This document shows positions 28,598-43,318 of a stretch of 64,000 nt of DNA, piece after piece. The notes beneath the pieces were generated by a model that made no database searches, was not told the DNA's origin, and saw only the letters and a program-made list of their open reading frames with translations. The number at the start of each line of letters is the position of its first letter. Positions within the stretch are counted from its first letter, which is position 1. The stretch is from Eledone cirrhosa (lineage: Eukaryota): assembly GCA_964016885.1 (NCBI GenBank), contig OZ024743.1, positions 378,572,001 to 378,636,000 on the forward strand, given 5' to 3'. Both the position numbers and the translations under genes were made by a program.

Positions 28598-31500
28598 ATC
28601 ATCATCATCATCGTTTAACATCCATATTCCACGCTTGCATGGGTTTGGACGGGAATTTTCCCACTTGAGGCAAGAGTGGTTGTCTTGCTCGCATAGGACT
28701 GTCTGGCGGGTTTTCTACGGCTGGATGCCCTTCCTAACACCAACCACATTTACAGTGTGGGGCTAGGAGGTTTTTACCGTGTTGCCTACACGGCCACATT
28801 ACAGCATGGACTGTGTGTTTTTTTTGTCGTGACACCTACACGACCTCATTTGTTTCGGGCTGGATGTTGTGGCACCAACATAACTTTACATTGAAAGGGG
28901 TGGTGTGGATAGGGTGCGGGTAGTGGGACGGGGATGTATTTTGTTAGCGGTGCCTACTGACTGTAGTAGGTTTCACTTTGTACTTAAGTAAGGCGGGTCT
29001 TCTCTAATACTGTGTAGCGCCAAAGCTCTCGGTCCAGTGACATTGTCTTGGAGAGGTGTAAGTGTGTGAGGTCGGAATTTATCAAGTCGTCCCAGGTTTT
29101 TCTGGGTCTGCTTACTCCATGGCTACCGTCTATTTTTATTGCCCTGCACTTTTTTATACAGCTGTCGTCTTTCATGCGCATCACGTGACCATACCAACGT
29201 AAACAACATCTGATCCCTCTTATTTCTAATTTTTCCCTTAGTTCGTTTATGCTTTGCCGTTCACGTATATTACTATTACACATCCAGCAGAGCATGCAAG
29301 CTTCGTTTCTCTCCAGTCTGCGTATATCCTCTGCACACAATGCCCATGTCTCACTGCCATGTAACATTGCTGTACGTATGCAGGTATCATACAGCCTGCC
29401 TTTCATTTTTAGAGAGAACCCTTTAGCGGCCAATAGTGGTATAAGCTCTCTGAACTTTTTCCATCCCGTTCTGACTCTAGCTACTGTACTTTCAGAGCAC
29501 CCTCCCCCACTGCTGATTTTATCACCCAGGTAACGGAAGCTGTCCACTATTTCTATAGAACCATCTGTGCAATGGAATGGGTTAGTATTCTGTGGGCACT
29601 TGCTGCTACTTATTGCACCAGAGCACCGGCCACATATAAAATCTATATTCTTAGTTAGCTTACCTGTGATCCCACTACATCTTTTATGTACCCATACTTT
29701 GCATTTGGGACATGAAATGCAGTTTCTACCTACTCCTTTCCTACACACTGCACATGGCCATTTCCCAGATGGGACCGGTACCCTATTTTCCTTCCTACAA
29801 ACTAGAACTTTAGTCTTAGACAAGTTAACTTTAAGGCCTTTTGATTCTAGGCCATGCTTCCATGTTTGGAATTTCTTCTCTAGTTCAGCCATTGATTCAG
29901 CTATGAGCGTTAGATCATCTGCATATAGGAGTTCCCATGGGCAGCCGGTCTTGAACTCCTCTGTTATAGCCTGAAGAGCAATAATAAATAGTAGGGGGCT
30001 AAGGACAGAGCCCTGATGAACACCAACTTTTACCCTAAACTCTTCACTATATTCGTTGTTAATTCTAACCTTGCTGACTGTTTCTTTATACATGGCTTGT
30101 ATAGCTCTCACAAGCCATTCATCAACACCTAGTTTTCTAAGAGCCCACCAGATAATCGAGCGGGGTACTCTGTCAAAGGCTTTTTCCAAGTCAACAAAAG
30201 CTAAGTATAGGGGTTTACTTTTAGCTAGGTACTTCTCCTGTAGTTGTCGTACAATGAAAAGAGCGTCTGTTGTACTTTTACCTGACACAAACCCGAACTG
30301 CATTTCGTCTAGATCAATTCGCTCTCTGATTAGTTGCGCTATTACTTTTTCTGTGACCTTCATGACCTGGTCAATTAATTTAATGCCTCTATAGTTTACC
30401 CTATCTAGGGTAAAGGTGATGACCTTTACCCTTGTAGCAGTTAATGATGATGCTGCTGCGCCAGTCCTTCGGAACGACCCCACTCTGTATGACTTGGTTT
30501 ACTATCCGGGTGACCATAGTGTGTCCCACCGTTCCAGATGCTTTCAGCATTTCGGCAACTATTTCCGAAGGCCCGGCCGCCTTGCCCGTCTTCAAGTCTT
30601 TGATCGCCTTACTTATTATACTACCTTCAACTTACACTGCTGGTCCCTCTATTGGGTCGACGTGGGGGAGACTGTCTTTCTCCCAATTATTCTCCTCATT
30701 TAGTAGCCTTTCGTAGTGACACTTCCAAGCTACCTTCTTATCAGCGTCAGTGATGGCAAGTACACCATCATCATTTAGGACACACTTCTCCTCGACAATA
30801 TCACTGTTTTCCTTGACACATTGCCTAGCAATCCTGAACACCTCATGTTTTTGGTCCTCGCGTTGTAGAACATGCTTGAACTTTCTTTCCTCTGCTTCCC
30901 TTCTTGCGAAGTATACTTGTCTCCTAGCTTCCCTCCTGGCCACTTGACAGTCTTCTCTACTTCCCCCATCCCGCCATGCTTTCCAAGCCTGCTTTTTGGC
31001 CTTGATTGACCTCTCCACCTTACTGTTCCACCACCAAGTAACTCTCCTCCTGCCTATAGGCCTGCTCCAGGCACAGGTTTCATCTGTCACCTTCAGCAGG
31101 TTAGCTTTCAGGAATTCCCACTGTTCCTCTATATTATACAACTCTAATTGCTCTTCCTTACTATCAAAAGCATCAAGTAATATGCTTTTAAATTTATGAC
31201 TGGCTGTGGGGTCCTTTAATTTCCATATTTTTCTCCTGAGGATAGTCCTCTTCTGTTGTCGAATACTTCTCGTCCTGACTATGAAGTCGCTAATTATCAG
31301 TCTATGTTGGGAGGTGCATTCTTCATGGGGGAGGGATTTAGTGTTTACAACAGACACTCTGTCACATCTTCTGGTAAGGATATAATCTACCTGGCTTGTG
31401 TGTTCCCCGGATCTATAGGTGATCAGGTGATTGTCACGTTTTTTGAAGTTAGTGTTACAGATAGTTAGGTTATTTGCGTCACAGAATTCCAGGATTCTGG

Positions 31501-32600
31501 AGCCTTCCTCATTTCTAGTACCAAATCCATAGCCTCCATGGATTTCGTCGTAGCCGTCACAATGTTGTCCAACGTGACCATTTAGGTCGCCTGCAATAAT
31601 TATATAGTCACTGTCGGTTATTTGGGAGGTAGTGAGCATCAGTGTCTCATAGAATCTGTCTTTTATAGTGCCGGGCAGTCCGGATTGGGGTGCGTACGCA
31701 GATATTACTGTCACCGTAGTTCTATTGAGGACAAGTCGTATTTTAATTATTCTGTCGTTCACTCTATTTACGTCTATTATCTTATCTGCCCACTTTTCTG
31801 CTACCATGATTCCTACTCCACCCAGCCCATCGTCGTTTCCCACCCAGAAAAGCTTATAACATCGTTTTTTTACCCTCAATGAATCTAGCAGACCCACCCC
31901 TTCACCTGGTCTCTTGAATACAACAAACATCGACCTCCTTACGTTCAAGCATTTCTACAACCTCGTTAGCGCAACCCTTTAGGGTGCCTACATTTATGGT
32001 ACCAACTCTGAAGTTTTGGATTGCGTTTGGAGGGTGGGGGCGGGGGGAGATGGGGTTATGTTAGCCGTCCGCGGTCGAAACAAAGAGGAGTGCTCGCATT
32101 CTCGTCCACGAGGTAAATTTGTCTTTATCTTTGGCATTTTCGCTGAGCGTCCAGATTTTTCTCTCTCTTCCACTCTCCAGGATTCCGCAGTCCATCCATC
32201 CATCCATCATATATCGAAAGGCAACTGGGCAAGCGATAGTATAGGCCTCTGGCTTATGATTGGTCCGCGTAATAATAATGGTGATGCGTGGGGGCTCTGG
32301 CTTATGATTGGTCCACGTAATAACAATGGTGGTGTGTGGGGGCGGGTGGGAGGGGTGTTGGGTAGCTAGCTGGAAGGTTAGGATTGTATGCGATCCCCGT
32401 GTTTAACAAGTGATTAACAAAAAACAAAAATACAAGATTTGTTCTGTTCAATACGACAAAAACTCCCGTATTTAACATAAATAACAAAAAATACAGATTT
32501 GCTTTAGGAAAACGTTCGCTACATTTAGGATTTTGCAAGATTGGATGTTTGGACTAGGTACGAAATTGAAGTGTGGAGTTGATAGAAAAATGTGTACATT
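28598..32600 (-). mobile_element. RTE-clade LINE, subfamily B, near full length but disabled (APE endonuclease, RT, PHD finger)
   Basis: The APE N-terminus VGTINVGTLKG..EVVEMLERKEVDVCCIQETR is followed by a TGA near 31905. APE motifs SAYAPQ, GDLNGHVG, SQVDYIL and SQHR are present. Stop at 30632, frameshift at ~30415, RT in 28984-30400, (GAT)n tail. The 5' boundary is approximate. Confidence 0.93.
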
Positions 32601-32968
32601 ACGATTACATGGTACACCGTAGTAGGGACAGCACATGAATTGGCGAAAGTGAGTAACTTGAAGGGGAGTTTTTATCTTATATATATATGTAGCTAAGAGG
32701 GAGAGAGGGGGGGGGGGAGATGGATGTAGGTATTGGGGTGGCTGACCGCAGGCCCTCGTGAAGTAGAGGGAGGGGGTCTGGGGGTAGAAGCGGTTATATA
32801 TATATATATAATTAGTTACAACAGTGATATATACAGGTTTTTAAGTTTTGTTGGGTTATACACCTCAACTCATTCAGCCTGTTATATAAGAATGGCTTCT
32901 ATATTTATATTTAACTCGTCCTATGGATTGAATGCTCTTACCCTTGGATATTTATACCAAACTTATAC

Positions 32969-33009
<41 letters not shown>

Positions 33010-33043
33010 TAATAAGAAATACAAGATCTTTTTTTATTACATA

Positions 33044-34030
<987 letters not shown>

Positions 34031-35229
34031 TAAGTAGCTTGTTTATTTCTCATTTTTTTCTTTTTTTGTCCTTATTGTTTCAACTGTTTCAACAACAAAT
34101 CTTTTAAAGCCATTTTGATACTATGAATTGTTTTTGTTATCTCAACTTTTTTGATAAACAACCTGAAACCACCCCTGGGTCCCATGTTACTAAACTGTTA
34201 ATTTTAAAATGTTTATATTTATCTAAAAACCTTCCATCATAATTTTATGTAAGAACCTTTGTTAAGTTGTGCTCAAAACACCAGCTTAATAATGAGAAAG
34301 TTAGTTTTACTGCTAAATCCCTCCAAATACTTGATTATTTTCAAAGTGATTTGAAAATCATAGATAGTGTTCTTCATGAGAAATATAACAACAGAAGGGT
34401 TAATATACTTATATTTATTTAAAAACCTTCCATTTTAATTTTATATAGGAACCTTTTTTAAATTATGCTCCAAACACCAACTTAATGTAAAAGTTAGTTA
34501 TATTACTAAATTTTTGAAAATACTTGAAAAGTATAAACAGGGATATTCAAATGTGTAGGGTTGTAAGTGATATCGTCAGCAGTTCTGCTCCACTTTTCCA
34601 TGCTAGCATGGGTTGGATGGGATATTTTGAGAATGTTTTACAGCTGAATGCCCTTCCTGACACCATCCCTTTTAGTTGCCTCTTACAACATGCAGGGATA
34701 CAGTGTGCCTATTCTGAAAATTGGCACGTACATGAACCTTGGGGTACACCAGAATTGATAAGTTTAGTCGAGAGACAGCTCCATTAACAAACACCATCTA
34801 GTGGTGCAGTGTGACAGGAAACCAATGTCCTAAGAGACAGGTGGAGTCCAAAGACTGGCAATTTTATCACTAGGAGATTTAAGTGCTAGATATGGTCAAA
34901 TGCTTTCTGGTTGTCATTTAAGAGGGGAAAAGATCTAAGGTGGTGGAGAAAATCTTTCTCTGTGATTGTCTCCATCACATCTGAGAATATTCTAGTATGG
35001 TAGATAGCAGGGCCAAAAATGTTGCCCTTGTTTAGTACATGGGACATACTGTAACATGTTTCAAAAGATCAGAGTGTATTCCTGTAGAGAGGAAGAATCT
35101 GGTGTAAATAGCAGTTACCTTTGGGGTGCATCATTTGAGAGCAGTTGAAAGGATATTATCAGGATTGGTGGCTTTATTGGTTGGAAGTGTATGTGTGAAA
35201 TTACATTAGCAAGATATTCTTGAAACGTT

Positions 35230-35766
35230 CAAAACAGCTCTGCGATTGCATCTAGAATAAGGATAGGATGGAATAAGTTCAGAGAGCTTCTCTCACTGTT
35301 GACCACAAAAGCTTTCTCCCTCCATACAAAAGGACAACGTCTGTATGAAGCCCGATGCTGCATGGTAGTGAAACATGGGCTGTGACTGTGGAGGAAGTGT
35401 AGTCGGGAGAGAAATGAAGCAACCATTCTTCGTTGGATGTGCAATGTAAGTGTGAGAGAGAGGCAGAGCCTGGACAAGTTGAAGGAGAAGCTGGGTTTAA
35501 GAGGAATTCGAGGTAGCGTGCAGGAGAGAAGATTGTGTTGGTTTGGATATGTAATACGCATGTACAATGATAGTTGGGTGAAGAAGTGCCAGGAAATGTC
35601 TGTGGAAGGAAGTCAAGAAGGACCTGGGCAGAGGTTTTGTGAGCTGACTTCAAATCACTGAAACTCACAAAGGCGATGATAAAGCATCGTGACATGTGGA
35701 GAAATGCCATGCTGAGAAGGACCCATGCAAACGTGGAAAATTGAATGTAAAAATGATGATGATGAT
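35230..35766 (+). mobile_element. Decayed RTE 3' fragment
   Basis: Translates AIASRIRIGWNKFRELL..., HGSETWA, ERRLCWFGYVIRM with frameshifts. Ends in (GAT)n. Confidence 0.85.
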
Positions 35767-35884
35767 ACTGTAAACATTTGAATTAATGAACCTGTTTTTA
35801 GATGTTTCTGCCAAATCATTATAGAATGTTAAGTTAAATTCTGTTTGTTTTATTTATTTTATCTTTTTTTTGTCTTATTATCAG

Positions 35885-36032
35885 AGAGTTATATGGTGAA
35901 GGTCTGAACTGGGCCGGTTGTGCATTGATAGTTTTACTGGGACAGCAACGGCGTTTTGAAGCTCTTGACTTCTGCTACCATATACTCAAGGTGAATAGAG
36001 TTGATATGAAGGATGACAATGTTAAAGGAATC
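35885..36032 (+). CDS. CYFIP: CYFIP exon: [49 protein letters not shown]
   Basis: tcag/gtaagt, 148 nt. Conserved [17 protein letters not shown]. Confidence 0.97.
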
Positions 36033-37199
36033 GTAAGTTCTATTTTACAATTTTATCATATCTTATCATATTTGGTGTTATTGATAGGTGTTGGCATGGC
36101 TGTGTGGTCAAGGGGTTAGTTTATCAACCTTGTGGTTTGGGGTTCTATCCCACTTTAAAGCACATTGAACATTTAGCAGTTATTGGTTATAGATGTTATC
36201 GCCACTTTAGCGGGGTGGTAGAATCAGTGGTCGTTAGTTGCCAGTGTGGTAAGTGATAGTATCCTCGTTGGATTATCTTGTTGACATAGACGTGAGGGAA
36301 GGTCCCTCGATCTATTTACCATCTATTTACAATATTCCTTTCGGCAGGTCGCCAATTCCAGCAGCATGGATTAAAGATGCCATTGAGACACGAGTAACAT
36401 AATAACGACCTCAACCGCAGTAATTAGAGATGAAATGTTTGTTTATTTATATGGTTGAAGTTACAGGTAAAAAGAGGTTACAAAAGGGAATGTGCCATTG
36501 CGCCGTTAAGCCGGCGAGGCTAGGGGTGCAATATCTCACTGCTACATTATGCGTGTTGCTGGCTCGAAGTTTCTGGTACAAGAGAGAGATTCTTCAAATC
36601 TTCGCGGTGAATTTCTTCCTCAGGGCGCGTAGGGATACATCCTCTTCTACTGGCGCTGATTGGCTGAACTGAGCCAAATCACGCACAGAGAATGTATGTG
36701 AGCCCGCGGAATGTAGGTCACTACAAACAGATATCTATTGTAGCATCAGGTTGAAAAATGCTTTATGAGTGAAGTTTGGTGGGCAAAAGCTGTAACAAAG
36801 TATCCCCCGCTCCTTTCACCAGCTAAGTACTCCACTTTAAACTTATCTCTCCAATTCCCATCCTGCATACACACACACCACACCCTCTTCCAACCCCCAC
36901 CTACATCCCCTGTTACACCTCTCCTCTCCTGTCTAACCCATGCATACAAACATGGAAGGCTGGACACACACTCCTACATTGCTACTGCAATGGCAAAAAG
37001 TACTAAGTCCGCCCTGTAAGGTGGTCAGGCTGGTGACATAACAAAAGCTCCTAGTTCACCATGTGAGGTGGTTGGACAGGTGACATGACAAACAAGCACC
37101 CAATCCAGAAACATAAATTTATTAATAGTAATGATAAATACAAAGATCAAAAGACCTAATTCCAGAGAGGACTTTATAAAAGTTTTATATATATATATA

Positions 37200-37982
37200 T
37201 CATCATCATCATCATTTTACGTCCGCTTTTCCCTGCTTGCAAGGGTGGGACGGGTCTTATTCAGCACAGCATCTCTCCACGCGTCACGGTCCCTCGTCAT
37301 CTCCACCGTGAGCTTCAATGATCTGAGGTCTGTTCTCACCACCTCCGCCCATGTTTTTCGTGGTCTACCTCTACCACGTCTTCCTTCAACTGGCAATTCC
37401 TGGCACTTCTTCACCCATCGGTCATCCTCCATGCGCATCACATGTCCATACCACCTCAGTCTCCTCTCCCGTACATTACATTCTATCCCTCTCAGACACA
37501 GTTTCTCTCTCAACACATTTATGCTGGGTCGTTCATGCACATTTACACTGCACATCCAACGGAGCATGCTTGCCTCATTTCTCTCCAGCCGTCGCATATC
37601 CTCTGCAGTTGCTGCCCATGTCTCACTACCATGCAGCATCGCGCTCCTCACACAGGCATCATACAACCGGCCTTTTGTACGCAGAGAGAAACCCTCCTTC
37701 GTCAACAGTGGAAGCAGCTCCCTAAACTTCTTCCAACCCGTCCTTATTCTAGATACTATGGCCTCGGAACACCCTCTTCCCATGCTAATCTGATCTCCTA
37801 GGTACCGGAAGCTATCCACCACTTCTATAGCGCCCTCCTGCATTTGAAAAATGTGTCTATCAATGCGACTTCTACTGTCTAATTTCCCTGTACATCTACT
37901 GCATACATATTTCTCCCTACCTGTTAGTTTGCCTGCTATCCCGCTACATCTCTTGTGTACCCAGGATCTGCATTGTGTGCAT
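37200..37982 (-). mobile_element. RTE-clade LINE, subfamily C, 5'-truncated within the PHD finger, essentially no 3' UTR
   Basis: Open frame CTQCRSWVHKRC...VDSFRYLG...RWYGHVMR...GRPRKTW...SREKRT*, with the stop directly before the (GAT)n tail. TA tracts on both sides. Confidence 0.93.
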
Positions 37983-38523
37983 TTTATGCATTTTATATAC
38001 ATATATATATAATATATATAACCATAGTGTAAATATATATTATTTGAAGAAATTATTAGGTTTAAGCAGTGAAACTTTGCTTTCCCCACATTTCGATATG
38101 TTCAGTTTCTCTGCTTAAACTATTAATCTGTTCAAATAATATATATGTATACATATATTGTATGTATACATATACAGTACAAGATTAAGTGAAGCTGTGT
38201 GAATGGGGTGTATAAATATACACATTGAATATATATACATGTAAACATGTCAAATGTCCATGTAGATTGACAAAAAATTATGAAAATCTTTAATTTATTT
38301 TTTTTACTCTTGTTGGGGTCTCATCAGAGGATATCTACATCACAAAATAACAACAAAAATATGTAACTGATGACTTTATAAAGCAGTCATGGGCAAACTG
38401 CAGCCCGTTTGTCTTTCTGATTGGCAAGCCTAGTTTCAAAATTGCCTTGGATTTTTAGTAGTATTGCCACTTATAATGATCTTTCATAAGGAAAGGCTAA
38501 TGAAATTCTTACATAATTAGTAA

Positions 38524-38814
<291 letters not shown>

Positions 38815-40002
38815 AACCACTTTTAAGTGGTGGACCAATGCAGGCGAGTTTAGACATGGCCATCGCCTTCAGCAATCTCTTCAAAACCTCTTAAATCTTT
38901 ACAGCCAGTTTTCTTTTTCTTTTCTTTTATTTCTTCTAATTTCTCTTCTACTTTATGCTTCATCTCTTTCTTCTTCGGTTTCCTCTTGCTATTCCTGTAG
39001 CTATGGCTGCTGCTCCAGGCAGCCATAGCTACAGCATTCTCATCCTTCTGCCCATGATTTCCAATAGCCTACTTCCATTTCCACCTGGTGATGAGAGCTG
39101 TTGCCTTGCATCAATAGTGTCCAGGTGGACTTTCCCCTTCCTCTCTTTCTCTCTTTCCTTCAAGCTTCACCTCTCTCTCTTTCCCTCCTGCTTCAACTCT
39201 CTCTCTCTCCCTTGAAAACTAAGAAATCAATCCTAGATTCTCAAGGACTTCTTCCATCAATCCATCTTCCACTTCACTCTTCAATTCTTCTATCTCTCTC
39301 TCTCTCTCTCAAGAAATCTGGCTTGTTAAATACAAGAGAAAAATGAAAAGAAAGAAAGAAGTTTAATAATGAAACCAAGCTAACGTCGGAGGAAAAGTTA
39401 GTGAAACATATTTAAAAAGGAAAGAAGAAAACCAAATGAAATAAAACAAAAGACCCCCTATTCCCCCAAAAACCTCACAAGAAAATGTCTGCTCCTAGTC
39501 TGTAGACAAGGAATCCAATAAATTACCTGCCCTCTGCCATAATCTGTGGATCTACACACACACACACACACTTGATTCCTTTCTAATACTATCTGTTCCT
39601 CGAACTATCAGAAGAAACCACAAATCTACCAGTGTCCCACTACTGGATATTGTCTGTTCCTGTTTGGATATTAGGCGGCAAATTGGCAGAGTTGTTGTTA
39701 AAGAGTTGGACTGGATGCTTGCTTTACAGCATCTGATCCAACTCTGTATGTTCTGAATTCAATTCCTGTCTCCTTCTGCCAGGAGTTACAACCAACAGAT
39801 AGTATCACCAATGGAAAGACCAATAGAAACATAGTTTCCTTGGTTTGATCTGACAATTGGCTCCTTTCCTAAACAAAAAAGAAAGATCTTTCTTCTTGTA
39901 CCATCTGTGTGTGTGTGTAATATGTTGGTATGTGAGTGTATTGTGTGTGTGTGAGTGTGTGTGTATGACTGTTCATGTACAATTACCTTCAATTGAAATA
40001 CA

Positions 40003-40095
<93 letters not shown>

Positions 40096-41818
40096 CGTTG
40101 TACTTCTCACATAATTTGTGTTGTGTGACTCTGTGTGTATGTATGCACACAGTTGTCTGCACACATGTACACAAATGTGCATGATTGTGTAGCTTTGCTC
40201 ACATATGCATCTGAATGTAAGGTAAGGGCTTCTACTACATACCCATGCACTCTGCCTGTGTTTCAAACCTAACCATATTTATCCAACCCTATGTGCAGAT
40301 GGGTAAATGTGTGTGCTTTTAACTGCACATATTTCAGCATTTAAATGTCCACACTTACATAGTTTCTTTTTTTTTTGGTGTGTGCATCTGTTTTGCACAT
40401 AGCTAGGTTTGCTGCTGGTCCAACAACTCAATTGTTAACTCAAACTTTCTGGATTAAGCTGCTACATATATCCAGTGTTGTGGCTTATTCACACTTTACT
40501 CTGCTTGGGGCTTCAACCAACTCACACTTGAAGTATGTGAGCTCTGTTGCCCATATTTAATGGAGAACAGTAATTTCTGAATAGTGAGTGGTATACCTAT
40601 AAACAGTATCTCAATAATACCACCACCACTACCACCCCAATGATGATGGTGGTGGTAGTGGTGGTGCTAGTGTTTATGGTTGTGGTGGTGCTGGTGGTGG
40701 TAGTGGTGGTGGTTGGAAGTCAGGGTATCCTCAATCAATCACTCTACATTCTCTATACTACATACCTATACATATACCCATACTATATACACAGTGTGTG
40801 GTTTTGGTGGGTTTGTGAAGATTTAAATGTTGTTTGCATACATCCACTTCTAGCATTGAATTCAAATCCCGCCATGGTCACCTTTGCCTTTCATCCTTTC
40901 AGGGATCGATAAAAAAAGAAATACCAGTCCAGGAGGCAGTAGAGTAACTTAATTGTTATGTTGGACAGGATACTTTGAGGTATCTGTTCCAGCTCTGAGT
41001 GTTCCTTTTCAAATCCCTTGCCTCCGCTCACTGGAAAAGCGGTGATGTTTCTGTCAGGAGTTGCAACCAATATTATCAGTCAGGGAAAAATACTTTCCTT
41101 GATCCGATCTGATGATCGGCTTCTATCCTTTTTTAGGTAAATTTGACGACTTGTTGAAACCTGGGTTATGATTTAACCAGTTCCTTCCTTGCAAAAACCT
41201 ACCCTGTCTTGCTGAATACCTTCATGCTTAGCAATTTACATTGTCTGCAACTCTGTTGCAGATGTTGCTAGAGCAGTTGAAAGCTGGGTTAAGATTTAAC
41301 CACCACTCCACACCACTTCACTCCACACTGCTTCACTTTACTCCACTCTGCTAACTCTTGCTACCCTACTCAATACCATTGCCAGCTCAGCCTGCTCCCA
41401 TCCCCATATATGTGCGTGTGTTTATATATATATTATACATATACCTGTCTAACCCATGCTAGCATGGAAAAGGAATGTTAACAGTGATGATGATGATGAT
41501 AATGATATATCTAGTGCGGTGTAGTGTAGTTTGGTAGAGAATATCCCAAATTGGAAGAGCGCTCAATCTGTGGAAAGAGTTTGTGGTATATAGATATTTA
41601 TTACACTAACAATAGGGTTATTTAGCTATAATTGTGTCTCTGGTCATCTGTTTCAAATTTTCATTGAAACAGGCCCCAGATCTTCAGTCTACATTGACTC
41701 CATTTTGTAAATATAGTCTGACAAATGGAGAGCTGTCTCAGTGGAAATCTGAAACAGATGGCTAGAGAAACAATTGTACCCAAATTACTCCATAGTTTGT
41801 GTAATAAATATCTATCTA

Positions 41819-41849
<31 letters not shown>

Positions 41850-41855
41850 TTATAA

Positions 41856-41923
<68 letters not shown>

Positions 41924-42807
41924 CCTTGTGCTATAAAAAATTGTACAAGAAAATATTGACAGGCTTATAATAAAAAATACATCATGGATAGTGGTAAGGC
42001 ATGAAAGAAAGGGTCAGAAAGGGATGGACCACAAAATACATAATTCACAATGAAAGATAGTAATTACATAAAATGAATGATAGCTACGTAGCAATGCCAT
42101 ATACCACTTGGGAATGATGTCATGTGGAGGGGGTATACTGAAGAAGAAGAGAAACAGATATAATGGTTAACTCTATGTGATATATATTTTTCTTTAAATG
42201 GTGTGTAAACGTTAAAAGTTAATATTTAACACTGAAGTACTGGGGTGATTTTAACTGACTGATCCTCTTCACCCCTCCCCTACAAAAAATATACAGCCTT
42301 GTAAACAGTAATTTAAATACATTGTGTTAAAGGAAGAGAGGTATAGTGATGATGATGATACAAGGGTTATGAACAACCACAATCATCATCATCACTATCT
42401 TCTGATGTTATGAATATTGTTGCTGTCCTTACAGATGGCATATAGTTCAAACTAATTGATTCAAAGATTGGATCGCATTTAAAATGTAAAAGGTTTTGCT
42501 ACTTTGACAATTTATTTTAGCAGTAAAATTTGAAACAAAGCAAAGTAATGGCTCTGAGAAAAACACAAAGTAGATGAATCATCTAGTGAAGTTATGTGAA
42601 TACAGGGCCTCTGTTGATCTATGCATTGTATTTCTGTGCTCAGCACAGCACTTAAAGCAACTGTGTGATATTAACCAACACACAGCTACCCATAATCTGT
42701 TTGTTGCTTCCTATTGTGTGTGTCCTCTCTGTTTCCTCTACCATATATTTGTTATAACTACATCTCATTCTCACCACTCAATTTCCTTGCCTTGTGACTG
42801 AGCTTAC

Positions 42808-43318
42808 TTCAAAGCTGGTAACAGGCCCCAGTCAGATGTAAAATATAGAACTATCTCCAAAGCTGGTAACAGGACCCAGTCAGATGTAAAATATAGAACT
42901 CTCTCCAAAGCTTGTAACAGGCCCCAGTCAGATGTAAAATATAGAACTCTCTCCAAAGCTTGTAACAGGCCCCAGTCAGATGTAAAATATAGAACTCTCT
43001 CCAAAGCTTGTAACAGGCCCCAGTCAGATGTAAAATATAGAACTCTCTCCAAAGCTTGTAACAGGCCCCAGTCAGATGTAAAATATAGAACTCTCTCCAA
43101 AGCTTGTAACAGGCCCCAGTCAGATGTAAAATATAGAACTCTCTCTCCAAAGCTGGTAACAGGCCCCAGTCAGATGTAAAATATAGAACTCTCTCCAAAG
43201 CTTGTAACAGGCCCCAGTCAGATGTAAAATATAGAACTCTCTCCAAAGCTGGTAACAGGCCCCGGTCAGATGTAAAATATAGAACTCTCTCCAAAGCTGG
43301 TAACAGGCCCTGGCCAGA
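42808..43318. repeat. 48-bp minisatellite, ~10.5 copies
   Basis: Unit ctccaaagct(g/t)gtaacaggccccagtcagatgtaaaatatagaactct, matching the 16-aa periodic ORFs in the track. Confidence 0.97.

Noticed and set aside
28068-28766. Cys/Tyr/Ile/Val-rich ORFs here and at 39.9k, 46k, 52.6k, 57.1-57.7k and 58.8k
   Set aside because: They are translations of (TA)n/(TG)n microsatellites.
39440-39522. AATAAA hexamers as the CYFIP polyadenylation signal
   Set aside because: Such hexamers are frequent in this AT-rich DNA, so the true 3' end cannot be assigned without transcript data.
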